From Adineta vaga (taxonomy: Eukaryota; Animalia; Rotifera): DNA of 64,000 bases. Location: assembly GCA_021613535.1 (NCBI GenBank), contig CP075497.1, forward strand, positions 10,540,001 to 10,604,000. Reading direction: 5' to 3'. Shown piece by piece: positions 1 to 13,488 of this stretch. The notes beneath the pieces were generated by a model. The model was given only the letters and a program-made list of their open reading frames with translations, ran no database searches and was not told the DNA's origin. A program made the translations under genes and the position numbers. Within the stretch, counting starts at the first letter, position 1. Each line of letters starts with the position of its first letter.

Positions 1-978
1 GGCATGTACATCATCTGTACCACGAAGTTTTTTCAAATCAGCAACAGCTTGTTCTTCATCGTTATATTTAGCAATCATTTGTGTTGGTGAGTTTGGTATG
101 AGAAATAGAAGAAATAATCCTGCCAATGGTAAAAGAAAAACAATAGCAAGACCCCAACCCCAGCCAGTACATGTTCCAGCAATGAATGGTAAACCAACAA
201 CTTGTGCAACAAGAATACCAATAGTTAAAGCAAGTTGAAAAGCAGCACCAGCTGCACCACGAACACGTTGTGAAGAGATTTCACCAATGAATGGTGGTAC
301 AATAACACATGCCATACCACCTACCGATAGAGAACTAATTGGTTTCTTTATGAAAGAGGAAAAAATAGTATCATTTACCTTGATAACCAAGTAGGAGTCT
401 GCTAAAAAAGAATAGCCATGGTCTGCTCAAATAAGCAGATAATAAAACACAAAGTGACGAGGCAAAGCAAAATACATAATTAGCAAAGACTGTACGTTTG
501 CGATCGAAATATGTTGCCCAAAGAGGTCCCGTAACTGCTCCAATAAATGCACCAATAAGAAATATTGTTTGTGGTATACCTTTGATTAATTCAGGAACAA
601 ATTCGAATTTTTCTTTAGATGAAGTTGATACGGGCGGTTTTTCTCAAATTCATTTCCGGCTTCATCTCTACGAATTTCATTATTTTCAGCATCGTATCTT
701 TGCGCTACATTCTGGTTATCTATTACGAATGGAGCGGCTGTTGCAATATCAGCATCGGATCGAGATGCTGCTGTGGCACTACAGATATTTCCAGTTCTCA
801 GAAATGGTTCTGTGAACGAGTTATACATATTTGGAGCTCCTAACCCCCAGCCAAATACGAAAGCAGTTGTTATGGTAAGAACAACAACTGAGATAAGTAA
901 CCAGGATGTACATCCACGCTGAGTAGAATTCGTGGTTCCATCACCTGGTTGTAGGCGATGAGTTACTTCCGAAGACAT
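1..978 (-). CDS. Facilitated sugar transporter, SLC2/GLUT (MFS sugar porter) family; 3' part runs off the window; frame break or cryptic intron near 613-671
   Basis: ATG 978. TM1 LTITTAFVFGWGLG. After the break: IFLIGAFIGAVTGPLWATYFDRKR...FFSRLLLGYQG, then a 58-nt intron (378-321), then GMACVIVPPFIGEISSQRVRGAAGAAFQLALTIGILVAQVVG...IPNSPT. These match the sugar-porter GRK/R, E-I-S-x-x-x-x-RG and PESP motifs. Confidence 0.85.
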
Positions 979-2066
979 TGTGTATGTTCTGATAATTTAA
1001 ATGATCAAACTAGAAAGGAAAAAAAAGCAAAATGATTTGTGCAAGAATAAACAAGAGAATACAAATAGAACTTTTAAAGGTTTCCTTCATTTCTTCCACT
1101 CAAGACACAAATTATCAAACAATTTCTTTTCTTTTTTTACAGAACAACTCGGTGAAAAAAAAACTCCATGAATAATATTTTAATGCAAGTAAAAGTCTAC
1201 TACATATGCTGGTAGCAGATGCAACTTTTTCTATCGACCTATGGCACAATTACTAGACTAGGAAGAATGAAAAGAAAATCGTTCTCAATTCAGCCAAATA
1301 CGTTTTCTCGTACTCGTTCTTTTCTCATTGTGACCTTGCATGTTGTGCCTGTCGCAAAACTTATTGTCTATGATCGTAGAATATACATTTCACATTACTC
1401 TTATTCTTTCTTTTTACAAACGATATATTTCGATCATATCTATACTAATCCACAAAACGTTTTTTTTTTGTCTTTATTCTTTTAAGTAACCAATGCAGAG
1501 TGAAGACGGCAAAAAAACTATACATATATACGCATAAGATCGAAGAAGATATAAATCTCTGGTTGTTCGAGTAAATAAGGCCAAAAAAATGGCTTATCTA
1601 CTACGATTACTCAATGTATATAGAGATAGATAGATAGATATATTAATAGAAGTTAACAAAAGTTTCTTGCGGTCTTTGTCCTTCTCATTTTTTTCTTTGC
1701 ATATGGATGATGTACCAGAGAGCGAACGAGAGAAAAAGCCGCATATATAAATATATATATATATGTACGTGTGTGCGTGCATATACGCTTTAGAGGACAA
1801 CAACTATGATTGTACACTAAAATTTCCTGTTACATCACTGCTTTATTCTCGTCCTTTTATTCCTCTCTTCGTTCTTCCTCTTTTTTTACGCGATCGCCTT
1901 TGTAGGCCAAAGCAAGCAGAGACTTTTGCGAAGCAGAGCCAAAAAAAGAACGAGAGAAGAAATAGAAAAGAAGCACAGACATTGAATTGCGCAAGCGAAG
2001 AAGAAAAAATTCTCCTTTATATCGAGAAACCATTCTGCCGATCTGTTTTTTCTCTTTCGACTGATT

Positions 2067-2087
2067 AAGAAGAAGAAGAAGAAGAAG
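2067..2087. repeat. (AAG)7 microsatellite
   Basis: Direct reading; one of many GAA/GA/TA/CA tracts in non-coding DNA. Confidence 0.85.
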
Positions 2088-3137
2088 ATCTTAACCAGAG
2101 ACTTCATATTAAGAAAACATGTAGAACTACTAATGGTTATGTTCCTGATAGTAATAATAATAGCTGTGACTTTTTTTTTGTTCATTGGATAGCAAATGAT
2201 GATGACAAGGTCATCCTTGTAAAGAAGAAAAAAGTAGATGTAATAATACGTCAAGTAGCATATGAATGAAGCTGACTGGTTGATGCATTTTCTACCATCG
2301 AGAAATGAAACAAATAAGACGAAGAATAAAGAAAAAAAGAGTGTAGAGACTCCATTTTTTCTCAATTAAATTAACAAAAACCACAGAAGAATAATTTTTT
2401 TTCTACCTACTTATGAAAAAGATTTGTCTAAAGCAAGAAAAAATAATCGCAAAAGAAATTGTATCCAATTGGTGCGTGTAAATTCTGACTTTTGTGGGTT
2501 GGATACACACCCTTTTATACATTATAGTGTAGAACAATCGAAAAATGTAGAGATTTGAAATGTAATCGAAAATATTTTCTCGAACTATGTCTATTGGCAT
2601 CGATTAAAGAATAGATAGAATGAAGATTCAGTGCGCGAAATGTATATAGCGTATGTGAGAATGTAAAAGAATGTTAGATGTTAAAGACGAAAGAGAATGG
2701 AAAAAAAACGAGAGAGAGAGAGAGAAAAGAAAATTCTGATATTTTAGAAGAAAACAAACGTCATCTATTCTGTTTATATATAGACCGACGAATAAGTATA
2801 ATTTTATTATAAATATTCCAGGAAAAATATGATAATATTCTACGCTTGATTATAATCAAGATTAAGTTTTCTAGTCACACACATACACACATACTTACTT
2901 ATATTTTGATGAAATTTTGTGAATGAATGTTGTATTGGTGGTTGAAGCGTTTTTTTTATCTAAAACTTATCATTGCACCAAAGCCACGAAGAGACCCATC
3001 ATCAAACAAGGCATGTATATACATGTTATCACAAGAAAAGAAAAGAAATTGAAGAGTGCGCATTGAAATAAGAAGACACAGTCGAGAAAAATGAGAAAGA
3101 GATTAAAGTATTGTGAACTTTTTAACAATTCACATTC

Positions 3138-3482
3138 TTACCCTTCAAGTAATTTCATTGTTGACGGAATTTTATCCGTTACTAATATCATCTCTCCAAA
3201 TGACGTCGATAGTGGTAAACTCGTTATAACTGATGAAAAATGTTGAAAATAAGTTGTACAATCGAATAAAGATGATGATTCATATGAAAGAACATCCGAT
3301 TCTCCAGAGAATTTGCCAGACGATATAAGATTAGCAACAAATGCTTGTAATTTATTCTATAGAATATAGAATTTGGAAGAAAATTAGTTATCTATATTGA
3401 ACTAATGAGTTACCTTTTCAAGGCACACAGCAGCTAATTTTGCTGATGAAATTCCTTTAGAAATTAATCGACAAATCCACAT
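3138..3482 (-). CDS. Uncharacterised ~95-aa protein (2 exons: 3482-3414, 3356-3138)
   Basis: TTTCAG acceptor 7 nt before the ATG. A 57-nt GTAACT..TAG intron joins MWICRLISKGISSAKLAAVCLEK in frame to NKLQAFVANLISSGK...KLLEG*. No family recognised. A GTAAGA overlapping the stop could extend the gene. Confidence 0.55.
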
Positions 3483-3654
3483 TCTTCAACTGAAAGAAAA
3501 CTCATTTTCATTGATAATAATAATAATAATAAAATAAAATTTTTCTCATTATTTTCTACTATTTTTAATAGAATAAATAAATAAATTCATTTCATACAAG
3601 ATATGTAAAGACAGAAAGAAAAGCAACAAATATAAATATATATAAACTATTTTT

Positions 3655-6600
3655 CTAACGAATTCGTCTTGTCCATTGCAAACGAATACCATTACTAACA
3701 AAACGAATTTTGTCCGAAGCAATTTCTGCGATTTTGATTGTTTCTTTGACAGATTGCATGAGATTTTGTGCATTACTAATGAGCATTTCAGTTGCTTCAG
3801 CATCTTCATCCGTACCTAAAGCAAATCAACACGCGGATTTTGTCAATCTTTTAAATGAGGTAGAAATAAATATTTGAAGCTAACGCTATGTCATGCGTGT
3901 GGAAAGACTTTCCTTTGGAAAGAAGTCGGCTTGATTCACTTCAAATAAGAAATTAAGTCTATATTAATGAATTATTCTAAGATTTCTATTTATAGGAACA
4001 AAAGGAAAATGAATCAATTCATAGGCATTGAAAAGGTTTATAAATATTAATAATGAAATATGTGAAGAATAAGAAATTCCTCTTCAGTTTTTTTTCTCTC
4101 TTTGAAATGTTGATTGTTAATAAATGAAATACTTTCTCCTTGAAGATGTATTAAAACAACGAAATGAAAAAACAATATTTTTAGAGTACTTGAAAGTATG
4201 CTGATTGTGTTTATTTTAAATCTATGTGAAATCTTATCAAAATGAGAATATTCACTTGTTTAATATTTCAAATATTTATCTATTTCGCATCTGTTTTTAT
4301 CATTTACTGTGTAATCGAGACTATAGTCATTGATAAGCAAGGTTAAAAAGAACATGCTATAATATACATTTCTTTTTCTTTTCTTACAAATCATGGCACG
4401 TTCATTTTTACTTAAACTACGCGGTAAGAAATCTATGGGTGTGAGAAAAAAAAATGTCAATGATGAAAAAATGAATAGATAGACGAATATTTTACCAGAT
4501 GTTCCAAACATTGCAGCTTTGACTGTTGATAAGATTTTTAGTTGTGTACCAATTGTTGGTATACGTTCACTAACTTGAAGGAGATTCTTCAAGATAAGAA
4601 AAAGGTAATGAAAGTTTTTCAATTAAGAAAATACAAACAGTACGTAATCGTCGATCAGTACATTCGCTGGCTATTTGTTTAGCTAAATCTGTCACTTGTT
4701 CAGACATGTTGGATAAATCTCGTGATGTAGAAATTAAATCACGTTTAGTTCCTGTTTCGCCACTAATAGTATGGGAAAAAGAATAAATACAATGAATTTA
4801 ATCAAACATATCCTACCGAATAAGAAGACTTAGTTGAGCAACAAAATGTGCCATTTTCTTTGCTAAAGCAATTAGTTGATTATCATTACTAGAATATTGC
4901 TTAACATTTAAATGTAAATCATGTGCAGCCATCTAAAAAGTAAAACGAAGAAAGAGAGCTTCTCTAGCGAAATTTATTAATTTCTACGAACTAAAATTGG
5001 TTGATTAAATTGTGGTCGAGGAAGATCTTTATCATAAATTTCTTCTTCAGTTTCTTCTACAGCGGGTAACGGCGGTCGTGGTGGTGCAGAAGCAGATGCA
5101 GATAATTCTTCATCTGATGGTAGTGGCGGTCGAGGTGGTGGAGATGCCGATGCTGAAATGATTAAATTTAGAAAAACAAAACTATCGAATTCGTTTGATG
5201 AACATACAACTACGACTACGACATTTCATGGAAAGATGAGCGATACCATTCGCAAGATTTGTTGATGAAGGTTGTAAGATTTCTCGAACAGTTCCCAAAG
5301 TATCAATTAACTATAATAAATTGAATTAAAAAAAAACAAAATTTTTGAAGAATATAAAAAGAATTTTACTTCATTATTCGTTTTTTGCCAATTTGAATGT
5401 ATTACTTTATTATCGGGATTTAGAGCTAATTGTTTCGCTGCTGCAATCATCGGTGGAAAAGCTATTCAAGGAAAAAACCGAATGATATTCCATTCAATGA
5501 AAGTTTTAGGATGATTTACTTCGTTTAAATATATCAGATGCTTGTTGAAGTCGTTGAGTGAATGTTGCATCTTCCGAATTTTGAATTTCTTGATATGTTA
5601 CAAGTAAAACACGATTTGCACGTCGAATTATATTCGAAGTACTATCAACAACAATTGATGAATTTAAATCAGCAATCGCTTTTTCTGTTTGTTGTGTATC
5701 ATGAATAATTGCTTCTTCTACAATGATTTCATTTTTAGAAAAATTCACAATTAGAATAATAAAAAATTACCACAAGCTTTAACAAATTCATCGGATGGAA
5801 TCGCTTCATCTACATGTTTTCGTAAATATTCCATTTGTGTTAACCATTGATCACGAAGCAGATCGAAATGTTCTTGTGTCGTCGACGATCGAATTGGATC
5901 ACCGAAAACAATACGAGCAGCGTAAACAATCTGTGGTGCAAGATCATTGATCTGAATGGGAAAAAAAAGACTTCTGAGGTTTTTTCTTAATGAATGTTGA
6001 ATATAAACAAACTTGTGACGCGGTTATATTGATTGTTTCGATAGTTGATTTCGATCGACATGATGTTCCATTTGCTGCTAAACGTGCTGTTTGAGTTAAT
6101 GTTGATGAATGATTTATAAATTCTTGTACTGCTGTTTGAAATATTTCTTGTCGATTTGATTCATCTAAATGCAAATGACAACAGATTAATCATGATATTT
6201 CTTTGGAAGGAATATTACTAGTTGATTCAAATGCTGCATGCCGTAAACTTTTGATAGTTGATGTAATATCCATAAAATCATCTGACACTTGATAAATGAT
6301 TGCTTCTTGAAGACGATATTGTAATTGATAGATATGTGAAGATAAAGATCGGCTAATCATAGTACATTCTGGTCCATTAAGAGACTTAAAAATAAAAGAA
6401 GTGCGTTTTTATTTCATATGATTAATTACAGTAATTAAAAACTTACTAATCGTCTTCGAGATAAATCATTATATTTCATTAAAAGATTATCAATCGTAAG
6501 ACAACATTCAATCAGATCACGACGATAGGATAATTCACAAATACTAACTAACTGTCGAGCAATTTTCATCAAACTTCGACAGCAAATTCACCTAGAATTT

Positions 6601-8244
6601 GAAAAAAAAACCGACAAACTTTTACTTATCAAACATAAAAATTTTGCATACCGAATCCAAATTGATCTGTCTCAGGTTGTGTAAGCCATCGTTGTGCTTG
6701 ATCAACTTTGCCATTGACTGTCGTTGCAGGTCGTTGATAATCAGATGTATATCTCAAAAGATGAATTGCTTGTTCCAATGATTGATAAAGATCATCAAGT
6801 TGTTGAGATATATTCCTTGAAAGACTAGTTGCTTCATTCGTATTCCCCTACAACATAACAAACAAAACTTCGTTTTGTATAATGTACAAAATTTCTGTGT
6901 TTTTTTTCCTACTTTTGATTGTTTTCGTAATTGTAATAAACGATTAATCATTTGTGAAATAGCATCGACTTTTTGCATCAATAAATTCGCTTGTGTTTCA
7001 TCGAGACAATGTTCAATTATATGTGTTCGTAAATCATCTAACACCATTCGAAGAGATCGTTCAGCTAATGTTCCTTCTAAAGCTTGAGAATTTGCTAACC
7101 AATTTTTTGCTTGAAACAACCGATTACCAAGAGTTTTCTATAGGAAAAAGAAACTAATCTTTCTATGTTTCATTTCGAAAAGAAAAAAAAGTTCATACGA
7201 GAAGTTTTTTTAAATTATGCTGTTCATCGTCATCAAATTCATCGAGAAGAACATCATCGATAGTAATTAATTGAAGTATTCGAATGATTTCACCGAGTTC
7301 ATCATTGATTTTATTTACAACATAATCACGATTTTCTATTGCTTCAACAATTGTATGTCCACCTAAATAAACTTTCATTATTAATATTCTAGTAAAATTT
7401 TATTCTACCCGTATGTTTTGATGTGACACAAACATTAATACTTGAAATTAGTAGAGGCGTTAAAGTTTTCACTTGTTCAAGTGATCGTGTTAATAATTGT
7501 CGATGAATAATATGAGTTAATTCTTTAATACGTAAATCAATTTCTTTACTCATTCGCGTTAGAATAGGTGTTAAGTTCTATGTTCAAATTAAAGGTTAGT
7601 TGGTTTTTTTCTCAAAAGTAACGTTTATTTACTTTGACAAAATCAACAAGTTGTTCGATAGTTTCAATAGTTTCTACATGTAATAAATGATTAAATACAT
7701 GTTGACATATTCCAATAATCTTTCGCACTTCATATTCATCAAATGTTAGAAGAAATGAAGATATCCCATGAAGAATACCTAGATACAGATGAAAATCAAT
7801 TTTTCTCTCTCGAAAAGTAAAATAATAGAACGAACATCGTGCTCCTTCGATTAACATTTGTCGACCTTTAACTGAATTTGGTTCATGTTTAAGCATTTGA
7901 GCTGCATTCATTAGTAATGTTGACGCATGATTGACACGTTCTAATGCATTCGGCATTTCATCACGTAATAGATCATCTGAAGTTGTCGAACATGTTTCAT
8001 GACCAATTTTAACAAGATTATCAACAGCTAATTTAACTACTTGAACAGGTTTGGAAAGATCGGGCATAAGATTACTATCGCCTGCTGATTCTTCATGTAA
8101 TATAATTAAACGAGAAACCTAGGAGAGAAAGAATGATTCTTATACTTGATGCTGAATAAGAGAGAGAGAGAGAGTAATAATACGCACCTGCTGAGCTACT
8201 GGTTCCAAAATCGTTTCGATTGTTCGTGTATGAAACACGGGCAT
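3655..8244 (-). CDS. VCL: Vinculin (multi-exon)
   Basis: N-terminus [29 protein letters not shown]. Proline-rich hinge with PPRPPLP twice. Tail NLLQVSERIPTIGTQLKILSTVKAAM...EATEMLISNAQNLMQSVKETIKIAE...QWTRRIR*. The exon junctions I traced join in frame via short GT-AG introns. Confidence 0.95.
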
Positions 8245-8911
8245 AGTTAAACTTGCACACGTGTTTCTCTATTTCTATGAAAAGAAATCTAAAATAAAAC
8301 CAGAAACGAGCAAATAGAAAGTCTAACTAGAAAAAATAATCTGTGCGTCTGTGTTTAGTAAGTGTCAAATTAATGATAACATCTTCTTGTTTTTTCTTAC
8401 TCATATACTATATAATAGATAATTCTGACCTTCAGTCTTTGTGTATCTACACAATTTTGTTCGTTTCTCTCGATTATACGATGAAGAGTGGGCTAGTAGG
8501 AGGGAGAAAAATCGAGATAACGCTCCTCAATAGATAATTAGAAAATGATGAACATCTTGCAAGATATTCCACTTAATCCGATTCACATGAATGCAATGAT
8601 TATCAAGGTTGACTACTAATCTTATTAATAAAATCTATACGACTGAATATGATGAATATGAAAAGGAAAACAATATTTTCACTGAAAGAAAATAAATATA
8701 TATATCTATGTGTGTGTATGTATATCAATTTTATTATTTCTTTTCTTTTTCCTACAAAAGTTTGTTTACTAGTAACATAGAACGATAAGAGAACAATAAA
8801 GGATAAAAAATAGAAGATATCACATGAAAGGATATTTAGAATTGAATGTTTCCTTGATTTGAATATGTTGCTTTCTTTTCTTTCATTTTACTCTCTACAA
8901 AACAATAAATA

Positions 8912-11521
8912 TCAATCTAGAACGATTTCATCTATACTGTTATCATGACCTTTGTTCATACTAAAAAGAAAAAAGAATTTTGAAAAATCAATCTATATGA
9001 ATCTTTTTACTTGTGTTTTTCATTTAGAATGGATTTCTTAGCATTAGTAACAATCAAGTTTGTATTCATTAATGAATATTGATCGAAACATGGCACCGAT
9101 TTGGAAGAATTATTTCGAATAGAAATAGATGATCTATCCGAGGAGTGTGTAATGATCAAATTATTGAAATATAAACTTGAAAGAATATCACGAGGATGAA
9201 TAAATATTTCTCGTGCAAGAGTATCAAGTGTAATCGATTGCATAGAAGTAGAAGATTTCTGATTGTTTAAATAAGCAAATATCATATCACGCCAATAGAT
9301 TCGAAAATAAATCAATAGAGAATTATCTATTGGACGAGCTGGTGTACTATAGAGTTGACTTGAAGAAATAGTTGAACGAAGAAGAGAATAGCTGAAAGCA
9401 ATTAAGAATTGATTGTATTTTGAATAACGAATAAAAGGAGGAAGAATTGATAAACATGAAAGATTATTTACTAATGTTTGGCCAGATTGATTGTGTTTTT
9501 TAGAAAAATAACCAATAAAACGATAAAAGGAAGACTAAAAGATAAATCTATACAAATGCTTAAGTTCAAATTTAATCTACCTGAGATTGTGATAAGCGTG
9601 GATCTCTTTGACATAAAATATAATAAGTAAATTGATCGATATTTCCATCATCAATTGTTTTATTTGAATCAAGAAATAATCGAGTAATACGATATAATGA
9701 TTTAACATAAAGACGTTGTTTCATATTCATAATTGTTTCACCAATTTCAAAGATTGCTAAATCATCTTGTTGATAAACAAGTTTACCTGGTGGTCGAATT
9801 GTGAAACATTTTGATACATGACGTTGATAAGCAATGGAACTTCCATAAAAATGTTTTAAACATAAATCACATGCATAGATTGTTGAAATCTAGAAGAAAA
9901 TTCATTAAGAATAGAATAGAATAGATTGTAAATTGATTTACTTTATCATTATTGATTGAATGTTCAACTTCAATTTCATATCGACCAAAATATAAAAATT
10001 GTTTTTTAATTAAAACACTAATCGTTGGATATTTATTAACTGGAGAAAATGATTTACATTGATGAAATAATTTCTTAGCAAGTTCAATTGGATTATAATC
10101 GATTTCAATTGGATTTTGAATGAGATTTAGATTAGTTTGTCGAATTAATTCATTGAACATTTCAATCTTTGATGGAATTGATATTTGTGTTTCACGATCA
10201 TGTTTAATAATTATCGAAGGTGTTGAATTTGTATTACTAGTTGTTGTACGTGATAACGATGATCGTGGTGTATCATAGAATAAAGAAGTTGATGAAGTTG
10301 TCGATTGTCGTTCATCTATTCCAATTGAATATGGTGAAGAATGATCAATAGGTTGTTTAAGTATATTATACAATGGTGAACCAATAGAATGATAATCTTT
10401 TGTCATCGATGTTTGTTTTGAAGATGAATTTAATGAATCAAGTAAATTAACATCATTTGGTATAGATCGATTTAGTAAATCTATGAAACAGGATATTCAT
10501 AAGATGATAACGAAGTAAGAAAGAAAGAAAGAAAGATTAATACCTTCAAGTTTACTTGAACTTCTATGTGATGTCATTGGTTCTTCTTGATCTATTAGAT
10601 TATCTTCTTCAGTATCGAAATCAGGTTCAATTATTAATGTTTCAGATGATAGACATGGAGTTTTCATCACAGGTTGTGTTTGTATATTATTATTCAATAT
10701 TCTTTGTTGTGTATTATTTAATTTTCGAACTGTAGGTTTTCGTATTGAAGGTCTTATTTCTTCAACATCATCATCATTATCATTATTAATTGTTGGTTGT
10801 GATAAAATCTGTTTCAAACGTCGATGATCAAGAAGTTGTGATAATTCATCTTCATCCTCATCAAATGATTTTGTTCGTTTCGATTCATGAATAGTTTCGT
10901 TCAATGGAGATAAATTTCGTTTGGATTTCGTTGTATAAAGTAATTCATGAGTATTGGAAGTATTAATTTCATTTTCTGTTGGTGACAATGAACGTTCAAA
11001 CCTTTTTTGAGGTGAAGTATATTTTGTAATTAGATTTAAATTTAAACGAGTATGCGTATTTTGATCGGTTGTTAATGCATAACTAAATCATAGAAATATT
11101 GAAAGAATATTATTATAATTAAATGGAAAAATACCCGTTTAATTTTTCTGAAGGTCTATTTGTTGGTATTACTGTAATACGAGATTCTGTTTGAATTGTG
11201 TCACTTATAAATTAGAAAGATTAGAGATTAAATTTTTGAAAATTTTTATTTATAATTACTGTTCATTAATAGATGGCATTCGTTGTGTTCGTTTCGGTAC
11301 ATTTGGATAAGTTGGTCTTCGTATAGACGAACTAGATGATGAGGATGATGACGATTGAGATGCAGAATGTATTTGTTGACTAAAAAGAAAATTTTTGAAT
11401 CGAAGAAAGTTCGTTAAACCGTTCATTTTCACTCAATAATTTGCCAAAGATTATTATTATCAGTTGAAGAAGTCGATGATCTTGATGGTTTTCTTTTTGT
11501 AGTTTTTCGGGGATGATTCAT
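8912..11521 (-). CDS. MYST-family histone acetyltransferase-like protein, divergent and probably catalytically inactive; long low-complexity N-terminus
   Basis: FLYFGRYEIE; C2HC finger YACDLCLKHFYGSSIAYQRHVSKC; RPPGKLVYQQDDLAIFEI; RLFLDSNKT; FIGYFSKK; NNLSCLSILPP; LIAFSYSL; STPARP; IYWRDMI. These follow MYST motif order. ATG 11521, first coding intron 11432-11380. Confidence 0.85.
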
Positions 11522-12867
11522 GATTAAAAACTTCTTAATTCTTTTCCTTAGATAAAAAAAGATCTACTACATGTGCTTATAGAAAATCTATTGTTTACCA
11601 TCAAAATAATCAGCAACATGATTGGTAGATATTGTTAGTCATCAATGATTTCATCTCTCACGAGGGCGCTATCGTATCGTTTAGTATGTATACAAATATC
11701 ATTCAAACCATTTATTATCATCCTCTTCTTATTATCAAACAGACAAACATACATACATACATGTTAACAAACAACGTCCATTGGTTCATAACATATCGTT
11801 TTGGGTATTCATCTATCAAATGGTTTCTTACTGGTTGAATAGAATATTGGTATATAAGCTATCATCCATACTGATAGTATAATATCATGTGGATATATCC
11901 ATACGACGTCCTTGATATATTTGTTACGAATATTATCTTATAGAAAGCACTTTATCTAATGATATTATAGTATAGATGGAGTTCTACAGATGTGATTTCT
12001 TTTTCTCTTGTTACGTTCTCTGTACCATGTTTTGCCTGCATTGAAATTCTTTAATCAAAAACTTACTACAAGCAAATAATCATTCAATATATATATAATT
12101 TTTGTTACAGCACAAATAATTATGCTAATAAGTTCATCAAATAGATAATAACAAGGGAAAATACTGTTATACACTCTTGAATCTTCAAATAAATGAAAAA
12201 GAAAATGGCTGCAACAATCTATCTTTTTATCGCAGTATTGTTTATATGAAATTAATCAACAAACGCTGTAACATTTATATATCTAATTCAATATATGAAT
12301 ATGACACTTCGAAATAGATGTAAATATTCAAATGTTTTGCCACATGATCTGAATTTAACTAATTCACTTGCATATCGTATAATCGATATTCTTCTTACTA
12401 AGAAGAACTATGATATCTAAATATATCTGATAGTAAAAAATAACAACTATTGGCATCTGTGTACTCTCCTTATACTGAAACGTTTTTAATGCTACAAAAT
12501 GTGTAGAAATTAAGAGTATATTTTTGATAGACGAAAGTCTTATAAGTACAACACCTTCTCTCTGATTACATGTGACCTCTATTTGGTTTAGTTTCGGAAC
12601 ATATACTTCTTTCCTAAGCCTAAGCATTGCAATATTGATTTAAGAAAGTTCGATGAAAAGTATATGAAATGTCAAGTTCTTCTTTTTGGTTAAGAATGAC
12701 AAACTTATGTTTATCATGTTACGGTTTTCTTTTCAAAATGTTTTTGGTTTCTTGTTTTTCTGTCTACTCGAAATTGGTATAGATGTGTCTTTATAATGAA
12801 TATTTTTGTGTTTTTCTCATTCCTATTTTCATATTTTCTTATACAAAGGTGAAAAGTCAGTTTAACG

Positions 12868-13488
12868 ATGTCATTACGATTATTTAAATTAGCTTTAGAG
12901 GAAAGTCTCAAAAGAGATCCTTTGCCAAACGAAGATAAATGGATATTACAACCATTGCGTAATTATAGTCTTCAAAATGATTATGACTGGTTTGAAGTTT
13001 TGTATCGAACACGAGCATGGTCAGTTTACAAAATATAATGACGAGTAAACTATGAAATCATTCATTGTATTTGCAGGTATCAATGTAAGGGTGGTCATAC
13101 ATGGGAGTCCTCATGGGCTATGATTTTATTTCGCATTCATCTTTATTCTACTAAACATTTCGGAATAATTCGAATGAAGCGTTTTGGTCAACAGTGCAGT
13201 AAATGTGAAGTTGCTGATGAATATTATGTAGGAATGTGTGCACCAAAAGATGTTTGGTATATAATTCAATGTGTTTTGTGTCACCTCTTTCAAAAAGTTT
13301 ATGAGAAAAGAGCAACACGTGATCTCGACGTCTTGAGATATATCATTCCTATAAGCGATGTTCCAAAAACTAATTTTCATGGTATGCCACATAAGAAGGA
13401 ACGTTGTGAAGCATGTGCTGCTGATCGATGTCAAGAAATGTATAAAGAATTGACAAAAAAAGCGTCAAAGTTGGTCATTAAAACCTAA
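12868..13488 (+). CDS. 3CxxC zinc-finger protein, receptor-transporting-protein (RTP)-like, no C-terminal TM (exons 12868-13019, 13077-13488)
   Basis: AWYQCKGGHTWESSWAMILFRIH...IRMKRFGQQCSKC...PHKKERCEAC matches the zf-3CxxC layout (C..W.S; R.FGQ.CxxC; H....CEAC). 57-nt GT..CAG intron. Confidence 0.8.

Noticed and set aside
1591-1613. GGCTTAT start resembling the bdelloid spliced-leader exon
   Set aside because: The match ends after 7 nt, with no following donor or Sm site, so not an SL RNA gene.
1219-2600. ORF-track entries rich in F/L/K/I here and in 33100-39800, 46900-52200 and 56300-57250
   Set aside because: Translations of microsatellite, poly-A/T or antisense sequence with no coherent exon structure or recognisable protein.
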